DNA of 54,512 nucleotides, filler included, from Asterionella formosa (taxonomy: Eukaryota): assembly GCA_002256025.1 (NCBI GenBank). It is 4 parts of 4 records of this genome, joined end to end, with 100 filler letters (N's around TTAATTAATTAA, not from the genome) between each part and the next. Parts side by side here need not be neighbours in the genome. Positions count along the whole stretch, not along the records: positions 27,354 to 40,885 come from NKIB01006614.1; positions 40,986 to 54,512 come from NKIB01006620.1; 2 more parts are not named here. One strand, 5' to 3'. Made by a program: the position numbers and the translations under genes. Under the pieces are notes generated by a model, which ran no database searches, was not told where the DNA came from, and saw only the letters and a list, made by a program, of their open reading frames with translations. Shown here piece by piece: positions 35,541 through 49,106 of the stretch (position 1 is the stretch's first letter; the number at the start of each line of letters is the position of its first letter).

Positions 35541-37210
35541 TTAAGCTTTGTATCCGGCGTTAGCCGGAGAATCAACACTCTCTCGTATAGCTCCAAGCTG
35601 GCCAATCTTGCCTCTGGTAGGAATAGCGCCTTCAATTGCGTCCATCTCAGCAACCTTCTTGTACAGTTCCCAGTTCATTCTAAGGATTTCGAATTCTCCA
35701 CTCTCGCGGTAACCACCTGGAATTTGGTTAATCGTAGCGAACTCAGCAATACGCAACCTCAACTTCGGGTACTTGGACCGAGGCATGCCAGGAAAGAGAT
35801 GGTGTTCCAGTTGGTACTGCATGCCACCCCAAAGCCATTCCGAAAATGGATTGGACATTATGGCATTTCTCGTGGACTTAAATTGAGCTGTTACCCAATC
35901 ATTCTGGTACTCTTCAAACAGTTCCTCAGATTGATGTGTTGGTGTCACAATCAATGCCGACATGAGTCCACTCATTAAAACAGCAGGCACAATGACCGTT
36001 AAGGGAAAGACAGTCAGCAAAACAAAGTAATGAGCCATCAAAGCATAGAGCTCCGCTTTCGCACCAGGGCGGTTCTTGGCGACTGCATCGACTGTGACCT
36101 TGACTGAATCAACTCTCCAAAGAGCAAAAAGAAATGAAAAGGGAATCCAGAATATATAATGCTGAATTTTGCGAAGAGGGGAGTCATTCTCGGGTGATGG
36201 TGCCCATTGGAAGAGAAATGGATCAGTGGCAATATCTTCATCGACGCCCATTTCGTTAGCTTTGTAACAGAGAAGTTGAAATGCAAAAGGGTGTATCGGT
36301 CAGGAAAGAAATAATTGAAAGGAATCATTGAAATTTTTCACAAACTTACTCAAGGCATGATGCTTGTTGTGCTTATCAGACCACCAAGTCGGAGCCAGAC
36401 CCGCGGCTGCGGCAGCAAAGTTTCTCAATTTGTCACTGAACTCATCAGTTCCATGAATATAGTCATGTCCCAACCATCCAGCATTTGTCATACTCAACGC
36501 CAACATAACAGCGGCCAGCGGAGAAACTGAATGAGCCAAGAGTCCAGCTCCGACTACAAGCGAGGCCCAAATTCCTAACAGTTTGGCTTCATGAACGTTG
36601 TCACGCTCATACCAACCTTCTTTGTCAAGATCGTCTCTCAACTGTCGAAAAGCTAGTTGAGTGGGTGTGTCATCTGCGACCACTTTCTGAAGCTGCTGGA
36701 CAACATTTTCTTTTGATTTTGGTAAACGCTGCCACATTCCTCGTGCTTTTTCAGAATGAAATGCATCCATGACTTCTGTGGCGTCTCTGCCATCATACCA
36801 GTCAATCCAATGAGACCCAGCAGGATGAGCCTTCCTCCACCCTAAAGTGGCATTGATCGATTGGAAAGCAGCTTGTGTCAGCGACTTGATCGTACAGAAC
36901 TTACATATATATAAAATCGAGTAGGGAGAAATACACACGTACCACTCAAATCATACCAATTTCCGTGAATTCTCACGTCGAGACTTGTTCTACACTGGGT
37001 TTCATCGCAAGCAGGGACTTCGACGCAGTTGGCCTCGTTATCACAGTCCCAAGAGGTTGCCTTTTCTCCGCTCTTGACTCCATTGACAGAACCATTTGGG
37101 TTGAGCGTCGTGGCCTTGAGGGACGACGTAAAGGCATGTCTAAAGGGAAGCTGGAATGCTGCGGCAGCAGGCGCAAACACGAGAGGGAAGAGAACGTAGG
37201 AGATCTTCAT
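35541..37210 (-). CDS. Cytochrome b5-fused front-end fatty acid desaturase, plastid-targeted; exons 37210-36943, 36841-36350, 36259-35541
   Basis: Leader MKISYVLFPLVFAPAAAAF, b5 motif HPAG...DGRDATEVMDAFHS, His boxes HDYIH, HNKHH and QLEHH. Two GT-AG introns restore a single frame (DLSG-WRK; HHAL-TNEMG). Confidence 0.93.
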
Positions 37211-37724
37211 TCCTTCGATCAAGATTGCGATTTTACTTCTGATGGAGTGTCGAGCAGTATAGCTTGTGGTGCAAAACCAGGGCCGTGGTGTCGATGTAAG
37301 ATAAATCCTGTTCTTGCTCGCTTTACCATGCAGTGGTGTCACTGAGCGAATGACAGAATATGAAGCATCGTCAGCGTTTTCTGTTCGCTCGTCTCCGCCC
37401 TTTAATCAATAAAGGATGCGGAAGTACGTTTTTCATCGGTGGACAACAAGAGGCAGGACTCCATAATAGGATGCGCTCCAACATATAGTACCAGGTACTT
37501 TTAAATATTTAGCTTCCTCTCCTGATGCCGTACGGCCGGAGTAACCCCGGGTACCCGGATCCTGGGACATCCGGAAAACGTCGTGCTTAAAACCCTTTTA
37601 ACGGCAATAATTTTGGGGGGTTAAATTTTATTAGCTAACTATCCAGAACTTAAAATATATATTGAGAGCGCATCGGGCAAGGGTTGGCACACTTCCATGG
37701 AGGCTTGGCTTGTGCTCTTGACCC

Positions 37725-37832
37725 TTGCTGCTTAAGTTAAAAGTGAATAAGGGTTTGGTGCTAAAGTTAAAAGTAAATAAGCATTTTGTCCATAAGTTGT
37801 AAGTAAATAAACATTTGGTGCTTATTAGGTAA
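37725..37832. repeat. 30-bp minisatellite, about 3.5 copies
   Basis: Units start at 37725, 37755, 37785 and 37815 (ttggtgctaaagttaaaagtaaataagcat-like). Confidence 0.75.
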
Positions 37833-39948
37833 CTTATTTCCAAACTTACATAAACGTAGGATTCCGTGTTGACTACTTAGGATGCAGCAAGCACAAACCC
37901 AATTATTCTCATCTTCGAGTCAGGATAGTATATTGTGTACGTGTTTAAAATGTACTCTGAGTAGCATGGTGACTTGGATGGTGGTGGAAACAACAATATG
38001 ACAATGACAATCACATGATCCAACTATTCTAAACAGATAAATAGTGCATTATTATTCAATTTTTGTTTTGGGCTTCATCCCTTGTAAAAAATGGAGCATT
38101 GTAGAATGGCACATATGTTCAAATAAGAAGTGTTTCAATGCGATGATGAGGCATCGAGATATCGTCTTTGTCGTCGAGCCCAGCAATCGTGGGTCTCCAA
38201 TTTTACTGTTTTGCTATATCTAAGCAAATGTAGTAGCTACAATTAATTCGTGTACTATATGCTAGCGACTATTTGATTCCTCTATCTATTTGACTATTAT
38301 ACAATAACAAATGAGGGGAAGATGGCATGATCATTGTCGTCAAATACTCAGCGATTTGTTGTAGTTGTTGCTGACATAATTACATTTTTCATCAAATTTT
38401 TGTCGTCCTACATCACAGTCGATGGGTGGCTGACAACTTTTAGGTTTTCTGGGAGAAAATTTTACTTCTGAACACTGCCATTGCGTTAGCTCCCCTCCAT
38501 TCAGCTACTGGTGGTGGGCTGAAAAGGCATCCCCTACCCCTAATGTAATCAGAAGTTCGTTTGCTGCTTAAGATGTTATAGGTATAACGCCTTAAGTTTT
38601 TGCGGCAAATTTTGAAATGTGTATCAAAAATTCACTTAGATTTGTACAAGCATGTTTTCCGTATGTCCCAGCCAGGTACTCCTGTATGATTACTAGTTAC
38701 CAGGTAGATACTAGTCTACCATACTACCATCAGGATAGAGTGAATACCGGGAATAGGATTGGTGTTACATATGTACATGCATAATATACTGTATAAATAA
38801 ATTATCAATCAAATCTTATAGTACGTTAAAGCTATCCAATAATCGCCCTTGTGTCCAAATAAATGAATAAATGGACTCAATCAGTACCAGTTTTATTTGT
38901 CCATACAGTACAACGGGACCTGTCTTTTCGTCAGCCGCACCCCCCAGAACCCTAGGGACTACATGAAAAAGACAGGTGGAGAATGCAGTGCACACTATAC
39001 TGTATTTATGATCCTGGAACAGTCATTAAAGTACCTGGTACTACCGGTAGTGCACACACTGAAACAGCTACTGGTATGATATACTCATGTATACTCCCAC
39101 CTCAACTGTGGGGATGATGGTTGCCTTATTTTCAAGCCAAGGAACTCGACCGAAGTGGTACAGTATATCACTACAGTAGTGGAGAAGTGGTACATGAAAA
39201 AAGAAGTTGTACCACAAAAAGAAGTGGTACGAGAAAAGTCGAGAAGTGGTAAAAGAAGTGGAGAAGTGTTACAAAAAGTGGTTTGAGTTGTAATAGAAGT
39301 GGAGATGTGATAAAATTAAAAAAGTTGTAGTAATAGAAATAGTGATCTGGTACCAAAAAACACTTACGGTTATCCCTCACATTTATTTCCTCATATGATT
39401 GCCTCGTAGGTTGTTTACGACGTGATCAAGATATTGCTCACAGTTTGGTGTCCTGGAACGTGGTCACTATCATTCAATGATATTAACTACGGCATAAGTT
39501 AATAAAAGCAAAATATAGTAATTGATGTATGTGTTCATTCATTATTATCTTTTTAGGGTTAATGAATCCACATTCTGAGTGGTACCACTCAAATCCGAAA
39601 TAATATTCTATTTTCGGAACTGTAGGGTAAAAGTGGAGAATAAGCCACTCGAAGTGGTAAAAACCACTTTCATGTGGTTTCACACTTTTCAAGTTGGGAT
39701 TTAAACCTTCAAAATCATACAGATTGTTGCTACATTTTTTCCACAATTGGTCACGAGCTCGCATCATCGAAGAAATATGCCGAAGGAACATGTTGACATA
39801 TAGTACCTAGTACCGGCCATCAGACGATGTTTCTGTGGTACCAGGCAGGTACCATGATGATACTTCCGGCTGGAATTTTTTAGTGATGCTACCAGACTGT
39901 GTACTGGTACCAGGTACCAGGTTTTATGCATAGTAGTACTGGTATAAC

Positions 39949-40885
39949 AGCAATTCCCGCTCCAGCTATCGTCTTGCCATTCGGGTACTTCTAAGTAATT
40001 TTTAGGCTCTAAGTAATTTCTTAAGTAATTTTTATTTATGGGCAATATGGGGCACATCGAATTTTTCAGCAATAAAATTGCTGATTTTAGCATGACAACC
40101 AAAATAATGGTAATATGCATAGAGATGGTACAACAAGCGTAAAACACACGAGAATGATTGTAACATGCAACATCAACGAAAATTGAACATAATGTTTGGA
40201 GCAACCAAAGTATGAAATGCGATGTAATAAGTAGTATCAAATGAGAAATAGAAAAAATTGTTTTGGGTTAGAAATGAAATAAAAAATAAGAGTTCCAATG
40301 GAGACATATGCATTGTGAATCATTGTAGTACTTACACACCAGGCAACATTCACTTTGCTTCCATCACCACACAATCGAAGACCAAGCAAAATAAGAAGGG
40401 AAAAGCTGAACCCAATCTTGACCTACATCGTTATGTAGCGTAAATGGTCTGGTTTCTGCAACCATGCGCATCGCTGTAGTAGCCTGACACCAGTAGCAGT
40501 ATTTCCGCCACAGTCATTCCTCTCCGCTGCCCACCAAACAAGCAACCCTCATCATTCCATTCTGAGCAAGCGTGATCGCCATGCTGCTCCAGAACTATTG
40601 ACTCTCTCTAGCTGAGTATTCATGTAGCTTCTGATACGAACTCGTTGTAGAATTGTAGCAAAGCGTGTTAGTACAAGAAATGCATTGCTTGGCGGCAATA
40701 TTGACATCATTGTCAACGATTATACAAATCAACAACGGCACAATACCACAATCGAAACAAAACGACAGTGCGTAACGACAAACAACGATGGAAGCGATCA
40801 AAACAAACCACGGAAGCAATCAAATCGGAAAGTCGATAAATACGATCTACAATCCACATTCAGTATTTCACTGTTGTACTCACCG
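39949..40885 (-). repeat. Dispersed repeat, right (inverted) copy of 33700-35029, truncated by the gap
   Basis: The spurious ORFs mirror each other (MLGNNIDIMVND/MLGGNIDIIVND; MLKSAIL..KNSMCPILP on opposite strands). Confidence 0.75.
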
Positions 40886-40985
40886 NNNNNNNNNNNNNNN
40901 NNNNNNNNNNNNNNNNNNNNNNNNNNNNNTTAATTAATTAANNNNNNNNNNNNNNNNNNNNNNNNNNNNNNNNNNNNNNNNNNNN

Positions 40986-41482
40986 TGAGATGATCATATT
41001 TGCATAAAGATAATTCGAATATACTCAATGCACCATATGACCATTGTTTTCCACGACTTCGTGTACCGGTACTGATTTTTAGGAATTTGTTTGCATCAAT
41101 ATTTTCTACGTCTGTTGGAACTAATTATTTAGACCATTCAATTGGTGCACTAAGTCATAACCCATTTGTATCATTATTTATACGCAAGGATTTTGGTAGC
41201 AAATTGTTTAAGCCCCTTTTTTGGGCGGGAGTTCTTCATGTGTACCGGTACATCATACGACAATAACATTTTATCATATATATACAGAGTACCAGTAGCG
41301 GGTAGGAAGTGATATACTGGGGGTAATTAGAGTAGTAAGCGAGCAACAGAACCCATATGTTCATTTCTGTTGCTACTACAGTGGGACAGTAAAGCATCAT
41401 ATCTTCAGGATCGCATAATCTTATGATTGAAAACAAGATATGCTATTACTCAAACTCGGTTCTGATTTTGTATATGATAATG
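40986..41482 (+). repeat. Left long inverted repeat arm
   Basis: Near-identical to the reverse complement of the window end. The mirror 88-aa ORFs 41000-41266(+) and 54232-54498(-) differ at two residues. Confidence 0.95.
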
Positions 41483-42914
41483 TAAATAGCACTGTTGGTT
41501 TCATGGTATCATATCTAGACAGCGTAAAATATCATATGTAGTGGCTGATGATTCATTTCATTGTAGCTTGCAACACCTGATTTTAAAGTCATCGAACTTT
41601 AAGGAAGACAACGACAACAGCTATCAAGTAGTACAAGCAATGTCTTCAAAAAACCATAAAGAGATCATGGAAACAAGCGACATGTGGCAATCAGCACTGC
41701 CGGTATGGAACATAGAAGCAAGTAACAAAATGATTTAACAAAATAAAAGCGAATAGGCGATTATCCAAAGGAACCCAATCGGTGACAGGGAGTTAGTGGG
41801 GGTACTACCCCATCGTCGATGGGTACACCATCAGCTACTAGTACAACAGCTCCCATAATTGTACTGAAAGCGATGATGACGCTTCTTTTTCAGTTGTTGA
41901 TACAAGAAAAATGGCTCCTGTCGATGATACCATTAATAACTCCCGGATGCAGATGGACAACATGGTACCATATCATAAATTTTCTAATCGCACGGACCAA
42001 CAAGTACATGACAAACTGAGGGAAAAACATTTTGCACTTGCCAAAGGATATTATCAATTGGTCAATGAACTCAATCACTACAAAGGTCGTAATTCGGTTC
42101 AAAACTCGTCCATACGAGGTTATCAAGAATCTTCAATTTCAGCAGCCTTATCAGAACGTCGTTCCCGCTTAGCTAAAATTGAACCGATCCATCAATTGTC
42201 ACAAAGGTTGTGAGCGACTTTTATTTTCAAGACCAAGAAGTTTTGCTGTGAACATGTAAGTTTGAGGGTATAGTTCGTGAATTGCAGGTACTGTAAAAAA
42301 GAATATCAATCTAATGTGCTTTTTTCTGGTCCCAAAAGAGAATCAAACATCCCGCCCTGCCTATCTGGTTAAAGTTGTGTGAAAGTCATTTCCAATCACA
42401 AACAGGATTGGTTTGCCCAATGTTGCCTAACTCGGCTATACACAGTGAAACCGGAGTTAGGCAAAGAAGTTGAGAGTGACCCGGCCCAGAGCTTGCCGAT
42501 TTCATATGGAATGGCTCTGATGCACCACTACTTCCGATGAATCAGACCCTTGAACGGACCAACAAGGCACGTTTAGATTACATCAAATCAACATTTGGTG
42601 GCATGTGCATTAAAAAGTTGAGAGAATGTCAGAATGTGCATATTGAATAATCAATTTAAAGGAATCTTAGGAAAGTTCTTGCGCGCACCAAAACTCAAAG
42701 CTATTATTTTCTACCAAATGGCATCCATCTACTAAACTGCAAAGAGTTTTATTGGTCAAATCAGACATCAGCAAATATTTTTGGAGTGCATTGACTGCTG
42801 CTGGTGTACAGAAAAAGTGCGAAATATTGCGAAAAATACATGTTAGCTATGGAGTGGTTGAATTCAATGAAGTTGATAGTCCTCATCTCCTTGGCCCTAA
42901 CCTTAAAGACAAAT

Positions 42915-43790
42915 TTGTTATTGCTACAGTTATCAATATAGATTTAATATTGCCGATCGGAAAAGGAGAATGTCATTGCGGCACATCTCAATTTTGACTC
43001 ACTATGGCGACATGCAATGAACGTTAAAATATGCAACAGCTGTTTCTTAACAAATTTACGATTTAAATTGTTGTCAGCTACTCATCCTTTGCTTCTTTTC
43101 TATATTGTTCTTGCTAAAGTTATCGCTTCAGACTATTGCTAACTGCTCCAAACCGGAGAAGGACATTACAGCACATCTCAATTTCGACTCAATACGGCTA
43201 CAAGCATTGAATTTTAAAATATGCAACAGCTGTTCCTAAACGAATTAACTAATAAACGAATTCAATCGATGACAACTGCTCGTCCTCTGATTCTTTTTCT
43301 ATATTGTAATTGCTAGAGTTATCGCTGTAGACTATTTGTAGCTGCTCCGAAAAGGAAAAGGCCATTGCGGCACATCTCAATTTTGACTCACTACGGCGAC
43401 ATGCATTGAATGTTAAAATATGCAACAGCTGTTTCTAAACAATTTTACGAATTCAATCGATGACAGCTGCTCATCCTTTGATTCTTTTTCTATATTGGGC
43501 TTGCTAGAGTTATCGCTGTAGACTATTTGTTGCCGCTCCGTAAAGGAGACGGCCATTGCGGCACATCTCAATTTTGACTCACTATGGCAACGTGCATTGA
43601 ATATTAAAAATATGCAACAGCTGTTTCTTAACGAATTGACGGATTCAATTGTTGTCAGCTAATCATCCTTTGCTTCTTTTTCTATATTGGGCTTGCTAGA
43701 GTTATCGCTGTAGACTATTTGTAGCTGCTCCGAAACGGAGAAGGCCATTGTGGAACATCTCAATTTCGATTCACTACGGAGACATGCAAC
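42915..43790. repeat. Tandem array, unit about 191 bp, four full copies plus partials
   Basis: The cattgcggcacatctcaatttt-like anchor recurs at 42974, 43164, 43363, 43554 and 43746. Confidence 0.93.
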
Positions 43791-44545
43791 GCTCAACGAG
43801 GACCAACGAGGACCAACAGTGCTTTATTTCTAATCTGGCAGGCTATTGTAATCTCTACAATCAACAATGACTAAACAATGTGTTTACAACATCATCTACT
43901 ACTACGTGTTGCTGAATTCTACTGTGTGAATCTTCCTCTTGCATGTGTTGTTATTTGCCAGTTGAGATCAAAGAATTATGTCGGAGCAGAAAAATTAATA
44001 AGTGAATCGGAATTGGCGACTCTTTCGTTCATTATATGGGGAAAGCAGCATAATATTGTAGCGGAGCAGCATAATTTCGCTTTTATACTATCGCGATCGC
44101 TAGTTGGTCAACATATATTGTCACGAACAAACGTAATTATTGGTCTGAATTATTCGATAAGTGAAAAAAATATTTGTTTAACCCGAATAAATTAGGGAAA
44201 AAGTAACGTAATATTTCAAAAGAGTAACATAATATTTTAGAGAAGTAGCATAAATAAGTCACTTTAGACATGAATTCGAAAAAGTGCCGTAAACGGCGTC
44301 TTAGATGCAGAAATAAACGATTTCCTATGTTTCATCACTGATTCATTTCGGTTAATCAAAACAGTTCTGAGAACCGAGAACTTACTTTATGTTATCGACG
44401 GAATTGAACAAGAACGTGTGTTTTTCCTCAATTTATCTTTCCTTCCAGATGAGTTTCTTTGGAACGGAAGAAAAAGACAATCCATTTTTACATGTGGCAA
44501 AATCTTTTTGTTCTTTTAGAGAAAATTTAGAACCCTACTATTCGT

Positions 44546-45200
44546 TTGTTGAAACAAACATTCAAAACAACTGCAACATATAAAGCACTTGCAAATACCA
44601 TGGAAGGAAAAGCCATGCGAGTGTTTCCTTTCAAGAGTTATACTGACAGCTCAAAAAATTCAAAGCTGGATCTGCCAAATGTAAAAACATGTTGGCATAT
44701 GATAAAATACTTGTTAATACCAGGTTCCGATGATGTATGCCGCACACTGCCACTATGTTGCTCACCAATTCTGGAAAGAATGGCTACCCAAAACCTCAGA
44801 AACCACAACAAGATTATGCACTGACAGAATGCGAAAGGGAAACTCCTATGCCTTGGGGAATGATAATGCCCTTGTCTTTAGGAGGGAACTGTTTAAATAT
44901 ATGGGATAATTGTGCGGATGAGAAGCATGTAATACATTTGTCCATACCATTCAAATTCATCTTTCTCATGCGTGGAGATATAGTCCATGGAGGAGCTTTG
45001 GATAATAGTTTAAAAAATGGTGCTCTGCGGATTCATTTCTATTTGTCGCCAGCTATAAAGCAAAGAAATAGACACTCTGTCGCCGAACTGAAATGACAGG
45101 ATAACAACATACAAACTGATGGATCAATATGTGGTCGTGACCAGAAATTCTCGTCATTCTTATTGCAACATGGCGGAAGAGGGTGGTCTAACTTATGATC
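44546..45200 (+). pseudogene. 2OG-Fe(II)/PhyH-like dioxygenase remnant
   Basis: PQKPQQDY (HxD position with His changed to Gln), WGMIMPLS, FLMRGDIVHGG (distal His) and ALRIHFYL (Arg) fit a double-stranded beta-helix oxygenase. Frameshifted. Confidence 0.5.
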
Positions 45201-45864
45201 TAATTTCAAAAAAAAACAATCCAAAAATAAGTTTTTGGGTTTTGGTTTGGATCAACGGTTAGTAACGGCCGTAAAGTAACAGTCAAAAACGTAAGAAATT
45301 CATCAATGGCATGAGGAATACCGCAATACTGGTAGGGCAAACCTACTGTTCAAGACTACCGAAAAACTATACAGTATACTAATATGAATTTTTAGTTGGT
45401 ACCAATGCGTATTATCATGAAACTTAGTTACAAGTGAAGACGAAGTCATTTCATTCGATGACTGGTGATGGTATTGGTTGACAAATGTTATCAGGTGCTA
45501 CACGAAGGATCTGTAACCGGTGTCCTTTATGTGGCTACAAAGTGAGGAAAAATCGGAAACCATCGAGATTGCATCACAATATTTGCTCGAATCGTTCTTT
45601 CGTACCATTTGGTTGGTGTCGTGTTTGTCATCAAGAACACCAGCTAGATCCGTTGATCGTTGCATCGTCGGAATTCTGTTTCAAAACTCCCTCTGAACAC
45701 CTTATCACGAGCAGACAAACTTGGAAGGCATTTAGCAACCAGCCTGTAATGTTTCTTTCCCCGAAGGAAATAATAGTTTCCAAGAGGATGATGATATTAT
45801 CTCAACAGAGGACTGAAAAGAGACTATACAATTTGAATCGATTTCCGGAAAAACATACAGTATT

Positions 45865-48845
45865 TTGAAAACAATGAACGAAGAAGGACTTTTATTGGAT
45901 CAATCCAAGCATATTCCTCTGCCATCATACAGCTTGTCTATTCCCAGTAGAGAACCATTAGCAATGGAACCAATCGAGTTAGAGCTAATTTTATTTATCA
46001 ACAAACATTTCTTGCCACCATCATACTTTGATCATATAATGAATTGGGCTTTCAAGGCTCGTGATGATGGCTATTTCCAGAAAAAGCAACATGCACCGTC
46101 CCATCAGACATTAAAAAAATTTGAATACATCATTTCCTCTATCTCTTACAGGGGTGAAGTTGTTGGTAAACCAATGGCAAAGTGAACCAAATTTAGGATT
46201 TCAACTACCCTGCACTCTGCATTATTTCGATCCTGTTGGGTTACTGGGCGGGTTCCATGCTACAAGATCCTGACGTGATGCAACATTTTGTGTACTACCC
46301 GCAAGAGAAATTCACAACTTGCGGAAAACGCATCTATAATGAAGCTACTTCTGCAGAATGGTTTCACTCAGCTTTTAATGAATCCCAGGCTTCAGAGGAT
46401 GGGAAACTAAAAGCCGGCCACCTGTTTGTAGGAATTGGACTTTTCAGATATGGATCCGCAATTGATAAAATGCAGAAACATTCTGAACATCGATTGTTAA
46501 TAAAAATGCTCAATTTGTCTATCGAGTGTGGGAAAAAGGTGGAAGCATGGCAATTGGTGTCGTTTTTACCTGACGTAGAAGTTAGTGACTTAGAAACAAA
46601 TTCAAATATATCAGATTTGAGTAAGGAACGGTTAGCTCAATATCATCGGTCTACGAGATTTTTATCGGAACCATTTAGTGATCCAAACAATTGTTATGAA
46701 CTGTTTGTTCATGGAATGGGTAAAACAAAAGTTTTCTTTCAAATTGGCATGGTCATTGGTGATACAGATGAACACAACAAAATATGCGATTTTCGAGGAG
46801 GGAGCGAATGGAAAATACAGACTAAATACCTGTAGAGACTGTACAGTTACTACTCCACCAAACTCTGATAATCCATATGCAAAATGCGAACCACGCCTTG
46901 TGAGCTACACTAAACCATATCTGGAATAGGTTTTGAAAAACATTCATCATTCAGATGGAAAGTTACCAAATTTACCTGATTCCTTTGATATAAAGCAAAG
47001 TCGCAGATATGCAACCAAAGATGAATGATGTCGACAAATATCACAAAACACGATTATTCCAGCCATTTTCTACCACTATTTCGGTGGTGATAAGCAGGGA
47101 GTCCATGGTGCTACCCCTTTCAAAACTCTGCACCAATTTCTCATAGGAATGTTGCCATACATTCTAGAATCTCTGTACAATTACAGAGCAGTCACTGAAG
47201 TTTGGAAACAATTTTTGATCAAACGAACATGTCCAGATGTACCTGAACCAAAAAAATTAGAAAAGGAGATATCCAAGAAGAAAAAACATGACGAGAGTGG
47301 TGGGGAGGAACTATCAATGACTGATGATGATACATGTTCTGAACAACAACGGTATCTATATTGGCAACAGTCTAGACCGAAGTTGGAAAATCAAAATCGT
47401 AATATATTTTCAAAACTATCTTTTGAATGGATAGCAAGATTCATCAATGCACATCTAGAAAGACAAAGTGATCGAAACATTCCCAAAACATCATACAGGG
47501 CGGGATTAACAGCTTTAACAAAAATGTCACGACAAGAAATTCCCGGATTATGTCTATTGACAATCTTCGCTATGGGAGGCATGATGGGTCCCACTTTTCA
47601 AAAAGTGGAGTCCGATTTTACTATATTATTATGGTTAAGTATTTCATTGAATGACAATCTGAATATGGGTGTATACACTGAAGAATGCATAGACATCCTA
47701 GACAAACAAATTCGGAGGTATCTTGCCGTGACGAAAGCTATAACTGGTGAAAAACATGAATTGGTTTCTTCTGCTGCATACCGCCCGTATACCCAAGATC
47801 CGTGGAATGACTCATTATCCCCATTTGATTAAAAATTTGGAACACCTATCAACTTCTTTGGTGGTTTCCTGGAATCATTCTTGAAAGAGAAATTAAAACG
47901 GCCAAGTAAACAAGTCAATGGTCATACACATCGTCTCCAACATGATATATTATTGAGGAGTTATGAAGGAAGATAATATTCACTTGCCAGGACAGGTCTC
48001 TTCCCCAGTGTTAACAACATGTCACTGATCAGATGAATCTGAATTTGAAGATACAAATTCGATAAATGCTAGAAAGGAAGCAGAGGCATTCATTGTTGTG
48101 AATCCCAACCAATTATCTTTCTCAGCGGAGAAAGACCAATGTGGAATTTGGTACATTTTTGGCGGTATTAAACAACTGTTTACACAAAGAAAACGCTCAG
48201 GTGGGACAGTGTACTACCGCTTGTTGTTTCACCCAGACAACGAACATGGTAAACCTGCCGTTCAGAACCCTAAAAATTCTGTCATACAGCTGTGGAAGGA
48301 CAAAAATTCTACTGGAACTACGTCTGTAGAGATAGATCGGATCAATTTCTATTATCATGTTACTATAATCTCCAAAGATGACGGTACGAAAACAATTTTA
48401 AGATTTAATCCAAAATGGAACAAACAGAACAAGAGTCTTTATCAATCAAATTCTTGGTTTGATTGGGTTGAAGTGAATTGGGAAAGTCGAAATGGGAAAA
48501 ATTACAGTGTACCAGCAAAATTACTTTTAGGGGGGGGGGTAACGTCGTTTATTCAGATTGAACTGAAACACTCTCCTTGCATCTATACATTCTTTGAGGA
48601 GTACCACTGTCATGCCAGCCCATCATCGCATGTTTTTTGCTACAGGTGATTACATTTGTGATGAGAAGACTGGATTAAGCGTTGTTGAGCATAACAGCAT
48701 TCTTTCCACAGCATTTGTAGTCCCAGCTTTAGCACCAGATACAATCAGTAAATGTAAGAGTACACGAGAAACCGTTGAAGCCATGGAAAATACAGATTAT
48801 TATATTGCATTATTGCATTACCATCACGAAATTAATGGAAATTGA
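45865..48845 (+). pseudogene. Plavaka-like transposase pseudogene
   Basis: Colinear broken ORFs: YNEATSAEWF, LFVGIGLFRYGSAIDK, MVIGDTDEHNKIC...CRDC, GVHGATPFKTLHQFLIG, FGTPINFFGGFLESFLKEKLKRP, SWFDWVEVNW. The motif order matches my recollection of Plavaka-type transposases. Confidence 0.6.
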
Positions 48846-49106
48846 TTGGTTGGGATATTCCTTTAAGTACAACAGAGAAGTAGCACTACTCGTCACAATT
48901 CAAATTATTGCGAATATACGACTTCAACATTTAATAACTGCCTCCGAATTCATAGTTTACTTATCTTTATGAATTTTCTCTTTTTTTTGAGAACCTGACG
49001 ATCAAAATGAACTGTCATCATCCACTGATTCTTCCGAAGATTTCAAGAAACTCTTGAAATCTTTGTATAGTATATCATGCTGGCTGTCATTCAGGAGAAC
49101 AACATA

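Noticed and set aside
39169..39344. CACTA...TAGTG around AAGTGG-rich short repeats as a CACTA element
   Set aside because: The inverted match is only about 5 bp and the flanks (tat/atc) give no 3-bp TSD. Treated as a low-complexity repeat.
41000..41266. Duplicated 88-aa ORF (mirror at 54232-54498) as a gene pair
   Set aside because: It starts at a non-ATG codon, has no recognisable domain and is simply a product of the inverted repeat.
42915..43790. Tandem arrays (also 53710-54150) as possible CRISPR arrays
   Set aside because: Whole units are repeated with no unique spacers, there are no cas-like ORFs, and the context is eukaryotic.
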